A DNA stretch of 64,000 nucleotides from Patescibacteria group bacterium (GTDB lineage: Bacteria > Patescibacteriota > Dojkabacteria > JAKAPS01): NCBI GenBank assembly GCA_025450075.1, contig JANWIC010000011.1, forward strand, positions 902 to 64,901, in the 5' to 3' direction. The position numbers were made by a program, and so were the translations under genes. The notes beneath the pieces are model-generated. The model was not told the origin of the DNA, did no database searches, and worked only from the letters and a program-made list of their open reading frames with translations. Shown one piece after another: positions 1 to 9,533 of the stretch (positions are counted from its first letter, which is position 1; each line of letters opens with the position of its first letter).

Positions 1-108
1 ACCATAATCCCAAGTATTTGCAAGTCCGCCATAAATTTCAGATGAAGGAAAAACAAAACCTCTTCGTTTTGCAAGCGAAACTATCGGATCCATCGTTTTA
101 TTATTCAT
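1..108 (-). CDS. glyQS: Glycine--tRNA ligase (homodimeric type), N-terminal fragment running off the window edge
   Basis: Manual translation [36 protein letters not shown]; start overlaps the recO stop (ATGAATAA). Confidence 0.93.
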   Translation of the reverse strand, partial: MNNKTMDPIVSLAKRRGFVFPSSEIYGGLANTWDYG

Positions 109-826
109 GTATAAAGGCTTTTGATCTAATTGATGAACCAATTGTATATTCAATCATATCCATTGTCAATAAATAGAGGGCTGATTTAAGGCTGCTAGTA
201 AGCGAAATCCGCTGAACTTCTGGAAGAGTACGTTCTTTCATAAACCGCAGCATTTTTATTTCATCATTTGAAATCTCAGATCCTGCTCCACATCTTTTAT
301 GTGCAATCCCGGACTTTTTGTATACTTTTTCATCCGATTCTACAATCTTATCATTACATATGAGACAAGTATATAATTCAAGAAATACACCAGAAAAAAG
401 CAGGAGCTTACAATGGACATATGCAATACTCTTTATAACATCTCCATCTGGATGCGATTCATGATAGGAAAGTGTTTCTTCTAAAACATTGTATATTTCT
501 GCACTGATTTCACCATCATAAACCATCTTTGTTACCAACTCATCCAAATAGAACAGGAAAAAGACATCTTTTTCTTTTTCCCGTAACGATCCATATGGGT
601 TAATGAGTTGGACTTCCGTTAAGACATCAAGATTCTTCCCTTCAGCAAGTGAAAACTTACACAGATTTAATAACTCAAGATTTCCTGATTTCCTACTTGA
701 AAATTTCTTTGCTCCTTTTGCAATACAGGATATTTTCCCATGCTCTTTTAGGAACAATTGCAATATCCTATCATCATTCAACAAATCATTCTTTTTAATT
801 ACAAAACCAATATCAGAATACAGCAT
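101..826 (-). CDS. recO: DNA repair protein RecO
   Basis: N-terminal OB-fold pattern ([20 protein letters not shown]), CxxC zinc-site remnant, recO-glyQS linkage. Confidence 0.92.
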   Translation of the reverse strand: MLYSDIGFVIKKNDLLNDDRILQLFLKEHGKISCIAKGAKKFSSRKSGNLELLNLCKFSLAEGKNLDVLTEVQLINPYGSLREKEKDVFFLFYLDELVTKMVYDGEISAEIYNVLEETLSYHESHPDGDVIKSIAYVHCKLLLFSGVFLELYTCLICNDKIVESDEKVYKKSGIAHKRCGAGSEISNDEIKMLRFMKERTLPEVQRISLTSSLKSALYLLTMDMIEYTIGSSIRSKAFIHE

Positions 827-862
827 AAATTAATCTTATACCTATATTATACACTGCAAATG

Positions 863-2584
863 TTAGAATGAGAACGTTTTATCGCTTAATAGTGAATCTT
901 TTTGGGTTTTACCGTTAAAGCTGACTGATACTCCTAAAGAAGATGTACCTGGTTGCTTGTATATATACATACTATACCCGTCTGTTGAAAAGTTTGAAGG
1001 CAAGCTGTACTTTATCACTAATTGCAGTTGTGAAGGTGTGCTTGAAACAGAATCTGTTGAAGGAACTGAAATATGGTCATCTGCAACCGAATACCCCATT
1101 TCACGGTAAGCTCTTAGTGTCCCATCTGCACCTAAAATACTTTCAACCCTGCTTCCTGAAGGTAGATAGATCCGTACCCATGCTTCATACTTTCCATTTT
1201 TTGCAGGATCCTTATCATAGTTATTTACATATGTAATGGTAAGTGTATGTTCCAAGCCGTTTAACTGACTATTCAAACTTCTTGATATATCAGTTATATC
1301 TTTTTGTCCTCCAAGGTTCTCTTCACTCAAACCGATAAAATCTGATCCTGTATTAAGTGGAAATGCTCCACCTAATCCATATTGATTAACAGTATCCTCA
1401 GTTTGTTGATCATCAGCATACAGTATAATATCTTTTTGCATAAATGCTGATTGCAGCATTTTCATAACTGAAACAAGTGAATCACCCTGTGTGTTAAATA
1501 GTTGATTTCCTAAACTCTCTAAAAATATAGGATTTGAAATATATTGTGATAGGTTTAAATCTGTTACTTGGATATGAGAAGAAGGGAGTGAAACCGGTCC
1601 TATTGTTTGTATTACACGAGAAATGAATGAGTGATCTATTGTAACGATCCCGCTCGTATGTTCAATAGAAGGTATTGAGTAATATAATTTTTCAAATTGT
1701 TGCGCACTTGTTACAAAATCCGGGCTTTGATTTGCCCTATCAATACCTAAATTTGCAGTTTTAACATATGCCTGGAGTGTTACTGATGGGCTTGTAGTGC
1801 TCAAAAGCATTTGGTTTAATCCGGATATTGCATTTATCTTAATAGGATTTAATTTCCCCTGAACAAAATCGAGATACCCATACCCGTTTATTTTTCCTCC
1901 TGTCGGAAGAAGTGTTGTTTCATCTTGTATCAAAAGAAGATATGACCTGTTACTAAAAGACCTTTCAAGAATCGGAGTCAATGAATCAAGTTTTGGAAGG
2001 AATGCTATAACGGATTGAAAAGAATCATTAAACGAATTATATGAAGTTTTTAAATCTTTTCCTAAAAATGTTTCTTTCGGTATATAGTGTGGATCAACGA
2101 GCGCAAATGAATTTTGTGCATAGGTAAAATCTGTCATTGCATTATCAATTGTTGGGATAAGTGCTGGAAGTGCATTTAAAAAGGAATCAGTAGAATCTCC
2201 AAAACCTAATGCATTTGCAACTTGTGCGCTATGTTGTGCAATGTTATTTGCACCTGTCGCAATAGATTGGAACCCGGAAATCATATTATCAGCATCCTGA
2301 TAATATTTACTTGTAAAAGGAAGAAGGTTTAAAAGACTAACGGAATGTAATTGTGTATGAAGATTATCAAGATCAGGTCCTAACTTTTGAATACCAATTA
2401 CCAGTCCTTCATAGGAATGTGATGCATATTGTGTTTGAATATATGAGACATCCTGATTTACTTTATCATAAGCGGATGAGATACTTCTCATGCCATTGAT
2501 TAAATATCCACCGATTAAGATTGCAATAATTCCAAGAAAAATACTCAAACAGGAGAATTTTTTATGTTTTGATATCATTCTCAT
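863..2584 (-). CDS. DUF4012-family membrane-anchored extracellular protein
   Basis: N-terminal TM; YLLLIQD..LLPTGG, ANQSPDF, WVRIYLPSGS and KQPG motifs resemble DUF4012. Confidence 0.7.
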   Translation of the reverse strand: MRMISKHKKFSCLSIFLGIIAILIGGYLINGMRSISSAYDKVNQDVSYIQTQYASHSYEGLVIGIQKLGPDLDNLHTQLHSVSLLNLLPFTSKYYQDADNMISGFQSIATGANNIAQHSAQVANALGFGDSTDSFLNALPALIPTIDNAMTDFTYAQNSFALVDPHYIPKETFLGKDLKTSYNSFNDSFQSVIAFLPKLDSLTPILERSFSNRSYLLLIQDETTLLPTGGKINGYGYLDFVQGKLNPIKINAISGLNQMLLSTTSPSVTLQAYVKTANLGIDRANQSPDFVTSAQQFEKLYYSIPSIEHTSGIVTIDHSFISRVIQTIGPVSLPSSHIQVTDLNLSQYISNPIFLESLGNQLFNTQGDSLVSVMKMLQSAFMQKDIILYADDQQTEDTVNQYGLGGAFPLNTGSDFIGLSEENLGGQKDITDISRSLNSQLNGLEHTLTITYVNNYDKDPAKNGKYEAWVRIYLPSGSRVESILGADGTLRAYREMGYSVADDHISVPSTDSVSSTPSQLQLVIKYSLPSNFSTDGYSMYIYKQPGTSSLGVSVSFNGKTQKDSLLSDKTFSF

Positions 2585-2637
2585 GGCTTAAAGCAAAGTA
2601 CACCTATTATAACTGGAAAAAAATCATGAATCAAACC

Positions 2638-2666
2638 TTGCAAACTCAACTATTTAAGAATATAAT
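2638..2666 (+). promoter_or_regulatory. Sigma70-type promoter
   Basis: TTGCAA-17 bp-TATAAT upstream of the ATG at 2688. Confidence 0.7.
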
Positions 2667-2687
2667 CCCCATAATTATCTTATTAAA

Positions 2688-3015
2688 ATGAGACAATCCC
2701 CTACTATTGAAACAAATGATGACCCAAATCATTTTTCTTTATCAAAAAATGCAAAAAGAAGAGTTTTATATTTAATCGGTACACTTTCTTCTATAACGAT
2801 AACAACAGTTGGAATGGGTATTTTTATTTTACGATTTACTTATAAATAATGGCGGTCCATTAGGAGATTATGAGGGGAATCTTGGTTGGGAAGGCTTGGC
2901 AGTTGCTTTACTTGGAGTAGCTGTTGCTAGAGCTACAACAAAATTATACACACAGCCCCCTATATTACAAATGGAGCCGGTTGCCATACATGCAAATTCT
3001 TCACAGGCTGAATGA
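2688..3015 (+). pseudogene. Small two-TM membrane protein split by an apparent 1-nt frameshift
   Basis: ORF 2688-2849 (53 aa) and the +1-frame ORF ending at 3015 join into 108 aa if one T is removed from the T5 run at 2821-2825. Confidence 0.5.
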
Positions 3016-4101
3016 AGTTTTGTATTCCTTATATACTTCTTCTATATAATGTTTCAAAGCATATTTAATATTCTTTTTTGAAAACTTCATTGCCTGTTTT
3101 CGAATTTCTTCAGGATTCCAATCTCTTCCTTCTATTTTCACCATTGCGCCATATAGGTCATCTTCACTTTGATCTGAAAAATAGATTCCGGTTTGATTTT
3201 CGACTATTGTTTCCAAAGCACCATCTTTTGCATACGCAATAACTGGTGTACCACAAAGTTGCGCTTCAATAGGAACTAAACCAAGATCATCTGCTCCAGG
3301 AAAAAGTAACGCTTTTGCGGTATTGTAATGTCGAAGCAATGTATGATCATCTACTAAGCCTAAGAAATCAACTTGACCCTGTGCAATATCTTCAAGATAC
3401 CTTCTTTGAGGTCCATCACCGATAATCTTTAACTTTCTTTTATATTTCAAGCAAGTTTGAATAGCTAACTCAATGTGCTTATACGGTTCCATTCGGGATA
3501 CAATCAGATAAAAATCTTCACGAGGAATTGTGGATAATGTGAAGAATGATTCATCAACAGGAGAGTATATGACTTTTGCATTCCTTGCATAAGATTTTGC
3601 TATTCTTTTTTTGGTTGTTGCAGAATTTGCAAGGAAATAATCAACTCGATCCGATGCTACTTTATCCCAAATTCTTAAATAGTTATTAATAAAAGGGAGA
3701 GCTATATTCCTTTGGTGTCTTACTTGCGTACTTGTTTCATATCCCCATAAGAATCTTGGTACAGTTAGAGTATATGAAATATGGCACGTTGAAACAGGTG
3801 TGATAATGCCTTTTGCAAAGCCAGCTGAAATGGATAAAACCAAATCATAATTCTCAAAATGTAAGGATTCTATTGCAGTTGGCATACATGGGACATACAG
3901 CTTTCGTGCATATGATTTAAATGGAAATTTTTGAAGAAAAGAAGAATGAATGTCCCATGTTCTCATGCATTCAGGCATGGAAGATGGAGTGTACAAAAGA
4001 GTATATACTGGAGCATGAGGGTATATTTCATGAAAAAGCTCAAGCATCCTCTCCCCTCCTCCATATACTGTCAGGTAATCATGCACTAATGCTATTTTCA
4101 T
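3001..4101 (-). CDS. Glycosyltransferase family 4
   Basis: MKIALVHDYL..GGGER start; DDLGLVPIEAQ (EX7E-like) motif. Confidence 0.92.
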   Translation of the reverse strand: MKIALVHDYLTVYGGGERMLELFHEIYPHAPVYTLLYTPSSMPECMRTWDIHSSFLQKFPFKSYARKLYVPCMPTAIESLHFENYDLVLSISAGFAKGIITPVSTCHISYTLTVPRFLWGYETSTQVRHQRNIALPFINNYLRIWDKVASDRVDYFLANSATTKKRIAKSYARNAKVIYSPVDESFFTLSTIPREDFYLIVSRMEPYKHIELAIQTCLKYKRKLKIIGDGPQRRYLEDIAQGQVDFLGLVDDHTLLRHYNTAKALLFPGADDLGLVPIEAQLCGTPVIAYAKDGALETIVENQTGIYFSDQSEDDLYGAMVKIEGRDWNPEEIRKQAMKFSKKNIKYALKHYIEEVYKEYKTSFSL

Positions 4102-5218
4102 CTATGATGCTGTCAATATATTTTCCAAAAGTTGCTATGAATTTCTCTTTCTTAAAACGTTGGGCATGAGATATACAAATTTCAGGATCAAATTTTAATT
4201 GAGAAAACCGTTGCATTGCTTCGTATAATGAAGAAGAATCCTGTTTATCAAAAAATATTCCCGTTATTCCTTCTTCAATAATATCCTTCGCTCCCCCTCT
4301 ATTAAATGCAATTACCGGTTTGCCTGCAGCCAATGCTTCTACCGGAGCAATACCAAAATCTTCAACTCCTGGCCAGATAAGAGCACGACTATTTGCTAAT
4401 TGTTTTGCAACCTGGTCATCAGATTGTTTTTCAAAAAAAGTGATGTTTGCATTAGATCTTTTTTTTAGTTTTTCAATATACTTTTTGTCTCCGTTTCCAA
4501 CCATATGAAGAGAAAGACCAAGTTTATTAAAAGTATCCACAACAATCTCGAGCTTCCGTAATGGAATGAATCGGCCAATATATATATAATAGCCATTTGT
4601 ATCAGATTTTTCTAAAATTTTAAAACGAAGAGTATCGACAAATGGATGAATAACCACAGATTTCCGTTTATAGAATTTAATAATTCGTTGCTGGGTATAT
4701 CGTGAATTAGCGATAAAATAGTCTACCCTATCGGCTGCAACCCGATCCCAAATACGAAGATAGGAGATAATATATGGATATATCCGTCGAAGGAAAAACC
4801 CTAAATGAAGAGAATCACGATATTGGAAATAGTCCCATGCATATCGGGAAGGGCTATGCATATAACAGATGTGGATTGTATCAGCAGTTGTAATAACTCC
4901 ATGAGCAAATCTGGAGGATGAACTAATGACAAGATCATAACCGCTGAAATCAAAACGCTCAAATATTGCAGGATACAAAAATACAAGTGCTTTTGCATAT
5001 TTCAACATATATTTATTTCTGCCAAAGCGTGGAGTAATAATCTGTATACCTTCATCTTTAAAACCATGTTTTGTCATCCTGCCCGCGTTATAAAAGGAAG
5101 TATAAACAGGAGCTTTTGGATACATTTCATGAATAATTTCGACTATTTTCTCTGCTCCTCCATACTGGTCAAGAGAATCACAAACAATTGCTATTTTCAG
5201 ATCTTTTTTATCTTTCAT
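4079..5218 (-). CDS. Glycosyltransferase family 4 (paralog of 3001-4101)
   Basis: KIAIVCD..GGAEK; EDFGIAPVEA; start moved to MKDKK (5218) to remove the long overlap. Confidence 0.92.
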   Translation of the reverse strand: MKDKKDLKIAIVCDSLDQYGGAEKIVEIIHEMYPKAPVYTSFYNAGRMTKHGFKDEGIQIITPRFGRNKYMLKYAKALVFLYPAIFERFDFSGYDLVISSSSRFAHGVITTADTIHICYMHSPSRYAWDYFQYRDSLHLGFFLRRIYPYIISYLRIWDRVAADRVDYFIANSRYTQQRIIKFYKRKSVVIHPFVDTLRFKILEKSDTNGYYIYIGRFIPLRKLEIVVDTFNKLGLSLHMVGNGDKKYIEKLKKRSNANITFFEKQSDDQVAKQLANSRALIWPGVEDFGIAPVEALAAGKPVIAFNRGGAKDIIEEGITGIFFDKQDSSSLYEAMQRFSQLKFDPEICISHAQRFKKEKFIATFGKYIDSIIDENSISA

Positions 5219-6338
5219 ATTGTAATAAGATATCTCGTACTTTTGAATAAGTATTATCCCAGGTATAAAATCGTGATTTTTCAAGTCCTTTTTCCCGCAA
5301 AGAATCCCTCAATACCTTATCATCAACGATTTTCTTTAGCAACTCCGCAGCATAAGTCAGGTTAAATTCCTTTGAATCAATTGGCATGCGTAAAGCACTA
5401 TCCTGATATACCTCTTCATATACAGGGATATCAGATATCAGGCAAGGTATTCCGCATGCCATATTCTCAAGCACTGACAAACCAAAACCTTCATACGAAG
5501 AAAGATTGCAATATGCATCAGCATGCTGCATCAAACGAATCTTTTCTTCATCTGATACAAACCCTAAAAAATGGATGGATTCAGATGCATATGAACTGTA
5601 TGCCTCATAACCATCTCCTATGCATACTAGACTATATCCTTGTTCATCATATTGTTCTTTGAATTTTTTGAATACTTCTAATAATAATGAAACATTTTTA
5701 TTCGGTTCATATCCTCCGTAATACAAGATATATTTAGAAGGAACTTTATGTTCTGGAATACCCTGATCTTGCTCAAATCTGGATATATCAACTCCTAATG
5801 GGACAATATCTATTTGGTGCAAATTAAATTTCGATTCTAAATCAAGTTTGGATACTTCTGAGTTAGTTAAAATTCTGTCCGCATATTTTAACAACTTCCA
5901 ATCCTGCATGTATTGTTGTTTCTTCATGAAATTTATAGCTGGATTTAGTGAATACCTACCAGTTGTTGCCTGAATTATGTCATGTACAAAGCATACTGTC
6001 ACATACTGCTTTGGATTGTAAGGCACACCGGAATGGATAAACGGAGAAAAAAATGCTTTAAGTTTTTTACCTTGGCTTGATGAAATATATGTATTGATTC
6101 GGGAATATAGGCCACTTTTATATTTAAATTTTGTAATAGGGGTAAGCGCTATAGACATACCAATATCAACAAAGGAAACTTCTTTTGGAATTTGTATTGT
6201 CGAGCTTGTGGAAAATCCGAATAACACGATTTCTTCAGGGTGCTCCAGAATCCATCTAGAAACAATTTCTTTTGTTACATTTCCAATTCCTCTATATCGA
6301 AATTGGTTCTGGGTTGTGGTGATATCAATACCTATCAT
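5208..6338 (-). CDS. Glycosyltransferase family 4 (mannosyltransferase-like)
   Basis: RGIG N-terminal motif, PNKN, EGFGLSVLE. Confidence 0.9.
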   Translation of the reverse strand: MIGIDITTTQNQFRYRGIGNVTKEIVSRWILEHPEEIVLFGFSTSSTIQIPKEVSFVDIGMSIALTPITKFKYKSGLYSRINTYISSSQGKKLKAFFSPFIHSGVPYNPKQYVTVCFVHDIIQATTGRYSLNPAINFMKKQQYMQDWKLLKYADRILTNSEVSKLDLESKFNLHQIDIVPLGVDISRFEQDQGIPEHKVPSKYILYYGGYEPNKNVSLLLEVFKKFKEQYDEQGYSLVCIGDGYEAYSSYASESIHFLGFVSDEEKIRLMQHADAYCNLSSYEGFGLSVLENMACGIPCLISDIPVYEEVYQDSALRMPIDSKEFNLTYAAELLKKIVDDKVLRDSLREKGLEKSRFYTWDNTYSKVRDILLQYER

Positions 6339-6700
6339 TTTAAGAAGTTTCTGACTTCGTCAGTTAGCTGGCTTGGCAGGATGATTGCTTTAATGAGATA
6401 CCCGTCTGCTCCATTCGCAAACGCTTCATTTATAATTGCCGGTGCATCAATATTAGAGATTAACACAACTTTTATCCCTTTGTATTTCTCATCCGTCTTA
6501 ATTCGTTTTAATGCATCAATACCTGATCCATCAGGAAGCATTATATCAAGAAGAATTAAATCAGGCGAGAATTCATCAATTGATGGGAACATTTCAACTA
6601 TACTTCCGACAACTAAAGTTTCAAAACCATTAAACTCAAGTTCTGATTTATATATATTCGAGATATCCGTGTTGTCTTCAACTATTAATATCTTCGCCAC
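6335..6700 (-). CDS. Single-domain response regulator (CheY-like receiver)
   Basis: ILIVED, LLDIMLP (phospho-acceptor Asp), GADGYLIK. Confidence 0.92.
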   Translation of the reverse strand: MAKILIVEDNTDISNIYKSELEFNGFETLVVGSIVEMFPSIDEFSPDLILLDIMLPDGSGIDALKRIKTDEKYKGIKVVLISNIDAPAIINEAFANGADGYLIKAIILPSQLTDEVRNFLK

Positions 6701-6702
6701 AG

Positions 6703-7938
6703 TTAATTTTTCTGATATGGAATATATATCATGAAATGAATTACATCATCATGATCTTTTTTTAATTCAATTCGTCCTTCATGCGATTCAATAATTAGTT
6801 TTGAAGTATATACTTTCAACATCGAGTTTTTATTCATTTTATTCTCAAATACATATTCATTACTGAATATCTCAAGATTGGCATATTTTTTTACTTCAGC
6901 GGTAACCTCAATGCATAAGTTATCATCAATATGTTTAAATGACATTTGGATCTTTTGACCGGAAATGTTGAAAAGATAGAAAAGTATATTTTTGATTGCA
7001 ATCTTTAACCTATATTCATCAATTCTTACTTGTTCTCCCTTAGCAGTTTCATCCTGGAACCCTATTTCGCATTTAAACAATTTAGAAAATGCTGCAGCAT
7101 CTTCTTTTAAAGTAGCAACAAATTCATTTACGGAGACTACCTTCCTTCGAAGTTTAATTGTATCTTCAATTTCAATAATATGGAGCAATTCTTCAACAAT
7201 ACTATCAACTTTTAAGACATTGGTCAAAATGTTATTAATATACTCAGTCACCCTTTCATCTAAATCTCCAACCCTGCCATGCAGCATCAAGTCAATATAT
7301 CCTTTAATTGCTGACATTGGAGTTTTTATGCTTTCTGCCGCATCAGTTACAAATGTATCTTTTAATTCATTTAATTCTTCTTCATGTACATCGTTTTCAA
7401 GAACTATATTTAACTTTCCTTCTTTTTCATACAGTTCATTTGCAAGCCATCCAGTAATCCAGCTTAAGAAAACTAAAATGAGGATACGGATGAAATATGT
7501 TGTGAAAAAAAGAGAAGAATCATAAGATGGAAGTGAAGCTAGAAGAAAGATTGCATAAGAAAAACCTGCAATAATTCCTTCAGTCATTGCACTTAAAAGA
7601 CCATATTCTGCTGTATTTATAGCAATCGAAAATAGGACAAAAAGATACAAATCAGTATTGAGTGCATTTGCAAAAAAAAGAGCACACGTGAGGGCTGCTC
7701 CGTCAAGTGCTGATACAAAAGCTCCAATTAGTCTTGGATTTGCACCGCGTGATATGAGTAATGAGGCAACATTCTTGTATAGTTCTGATAAAAATATAAT
7801 ACCGAGTAATATTAAAAGAGAAGGTATACTTGCATGGAGTAGAACTGCCGCAAATACAATCATAAGCTTTACCAACACTCGAAGCATAATGAGGACATAG
7901 GTTCGCATCATCATATTTTTGTCTTTAAGTGGGACCAT
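6703..7938 (-). CDS. Membrane sensor histidine-kinase-like protein with degenerate H-box and G-boxes
   Basis: Multiple TMs; FVTDAAESIKTPMSAIKGY (HisKA-like, no His); HATPase-like tail SKLIIESHEGRI. Confidence 0.75.
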   Translation of the reverse strand: MVPLKDKNMMMRTYVLIMLRVLVKLMIVFAAVLLHASIPSLLILLGIIFLSELYKNVASLLISRGANPRLIGAFVSALDGAALTCALFFANALNTDLYLFVLFSIAINTAEYGLLSAMTEGIIAGFSYAIFLLASLPSYDSSLFFTTYFIRILILVFLSWITGWLANELYEKEGKLNIVLENDVHEEELNELKDTFVTDAAESIKTPMSAIKGYIDLMLHGRVGDLDERVTEYINNILTNVLKVDSIVEELLHIIEIEDTIKLRRKVVSVNEFVATLKEDAAAFSKLFKCEIGFQDETAKGEQVRIDEYRLKIAIKNILFYLFNISGQKIQMSFKHIDDNLCIEVTAEVKKYANLEIFSNEYVFENKMNKNSMLKVYTSKLIIESHEGRIELKKDHDDVIHFMIYIPYQKN

Positions 7939-7981
7939 ACAGGCAATATTTATGTATACTTAATCATATACTGCTCCAGCA

Positions 7982-9130
7982 TTATATACAAGAGGTAATT
8001 ACCTCATGAAGCTTTATTGCTGCACTTTCCCAGCTAAATCTGGAAGCAGCTTTCAATCCTTTGTAAATATATTCTTCCCGTACTTCAAAATGTTCTAAAA
8101 TTCTTTCCAAATGGTTTGCAAATGTATCTGCATCCCTTGGATCAGCAAACATTGCACCATTATCCATGACCTCTCGGATTGCACTAATATTTGATGCAAT
8201 GACACATGTACCACTAAATGATGCTTCAAGCGGGGTCAATCCAACACCTTCAAATCGAGATGGGCAGATAAGTGCAACAGATTTATTTAGGATTGCCTTT
8301 ACTTCAGAATTTTGCTGAACTCTCCCCAATACCAGGACATGCTTTGCAATATTTGTATAATGTTGAGACAAGAGCGTATCAATATCTACAGAATTTTTCA
8401 CTTTCTCCGTATCATATCCACCGATAAGGACAAGGTATAAAGAAGGGTACTTTGGAAGGATTTTTTGTAAAACTTGAAAGGCCGTTTCAAGATTTTTATG
8501 CGGACGTCTATTCCCTACATATACAATATATTGGGAAGGAAGTTGATATTTTTCAATTATTGATTGAATATATGTCTCATCTAAAGGTGCGATGTATTCT
8601 TGTGAAACGGATGGCGTAATGATATGGATACGTTTTGATGGAATATGAAAATATGTTTCAATATCATCTTTCACAGATTTAGTAGAAGCAATTAAACCAA
8701 CAGCAAAACGTGCCATATATGGATAGAATACCTTATCGTACAATTTCTGTTTGAATGAAGTTTTTGCAATATTATGAAAACCAATTAAATCATAAATAAT
8801 CAAAAGATATTTTGGCATGAAAGGAAATGATGACCAAATATCAGTAAGCAAAAGATCCGGTTTCAGCTTTCTATAGATAATTGCAAGATACCAAAAGAGA
8901 AAATATTGTTTAAGAGATCCTCCATTAATATTTACCCTTACATATCTGACTTGTAACTTTGCAAAACTTTCTTTTACAATCTTTTCTCCCCGATCATTAA
9001 AGATAATAATATACTCTTTATCAGGGAAACGTGAAATATATGATGATAATAATGAGAGATAATGACTTCCTATTCCCGTTGGAAAAGGTTTCATCATTCG
9101 AGTATCAATTAGGATCCGTTTGTTCTTCAT
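7982..9130 (-). CDS. Glycosyltransferase family 4
   Basis: IDTR..TGIG; RPHKN; EGVGLTPLEA. Confidence 0.9.
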   Translation of the reverse strand: MKNKRILIDTRMMKPFPTGIGSHYLSLLSSYISRFPDKEYIIIFNDRGEKIVKESFAKLQVRYVRVNINGGSLKQYFLFWYLAIIYRKLKPDLLLTDIWSSFPFMPKYLLIIYDLIGFHNIAKTSFKQKLYDKVFYPYMARFAVGLIASTKSVKDDIETYFHIPSKRIHIITPSVSQEYIAPLDETYIQSIIEKYQLPSQYIVYVGNRRPHKNLETAFQVLQKILPKYPSLYLVLIGGYDTEKVKNSVDIDTLLSQHYTNIAKHVLVLGRVQQNSEVKAILNKSVALICPSRFEGVGLTPLEASFSGTCVIASNISAIREVMDNGAMFADPRDADTFANHLERILEHFEVREEYIYKGLKAASRFSWESAAIKLHEVITSCI

Positions 9131-9206
9131 ATTTTCGTCATTTCATTATATAGAAAATAGATGAGAAGAACAATTGGTTGTGAGTAAAGTAAAATAAAAG
9201 TATTAT

Positions 9207-9246
9207 AAAAACACATATCCCATATTTCAGGGATATGTGTTTTTTT
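9207..9246. terminator. Intrinsic terminator, potentially bidirectional, downstream of the KGG gene
   Basis: ACACATATCCC-8 nt-GGGATATGTGT perfect stem flanked by A and T runs. Confidence 0.8.
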
Positions 9247-9263
9247 GTACCCTTTAGATTATC

Positions 9264-9401
9264 TTATTTATTGTTATTTCTTTCTTTTGCTTGCTCATGC
9301 ATCTGTCGACCGCGAGCTTCTCCGCCCTTTTTTGCGACTTCATGTCTGGTCTTTTCACTTGCCAGTGCAAGTCCTCTACCTTTTCCTGAATTTTTTGCCA
9401 T
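9264..9401 (-). CDS. 45-aa KGG-motif stress protein (Con-10/GsiB/YciG-like), absent from the ORF track
   Basis: MAKNSGKGRGLALASEKTRHEVAKKGGEARGRQMHEQAKERNNNK; strong SD AAAGGAGGTGG; own terminator. Confidence 0.85.
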   Translation of the reverse strand: MAKNSGKGRGLALASEKTRHEVAKKGGEARGRQMHEQAKERNNNK

Positions 9402-9533
9402 AGCTACCACCTCCTTTCATGCTACTAGTCTAAATAGTCCGACAGCAAAAATCGGTAACTTTTCTTACGCCAGGATAAAGTTTATCAATGACTTTTCCCG
9501 TTACATTAGTCAAAGCATAGATGATGGAGTATA

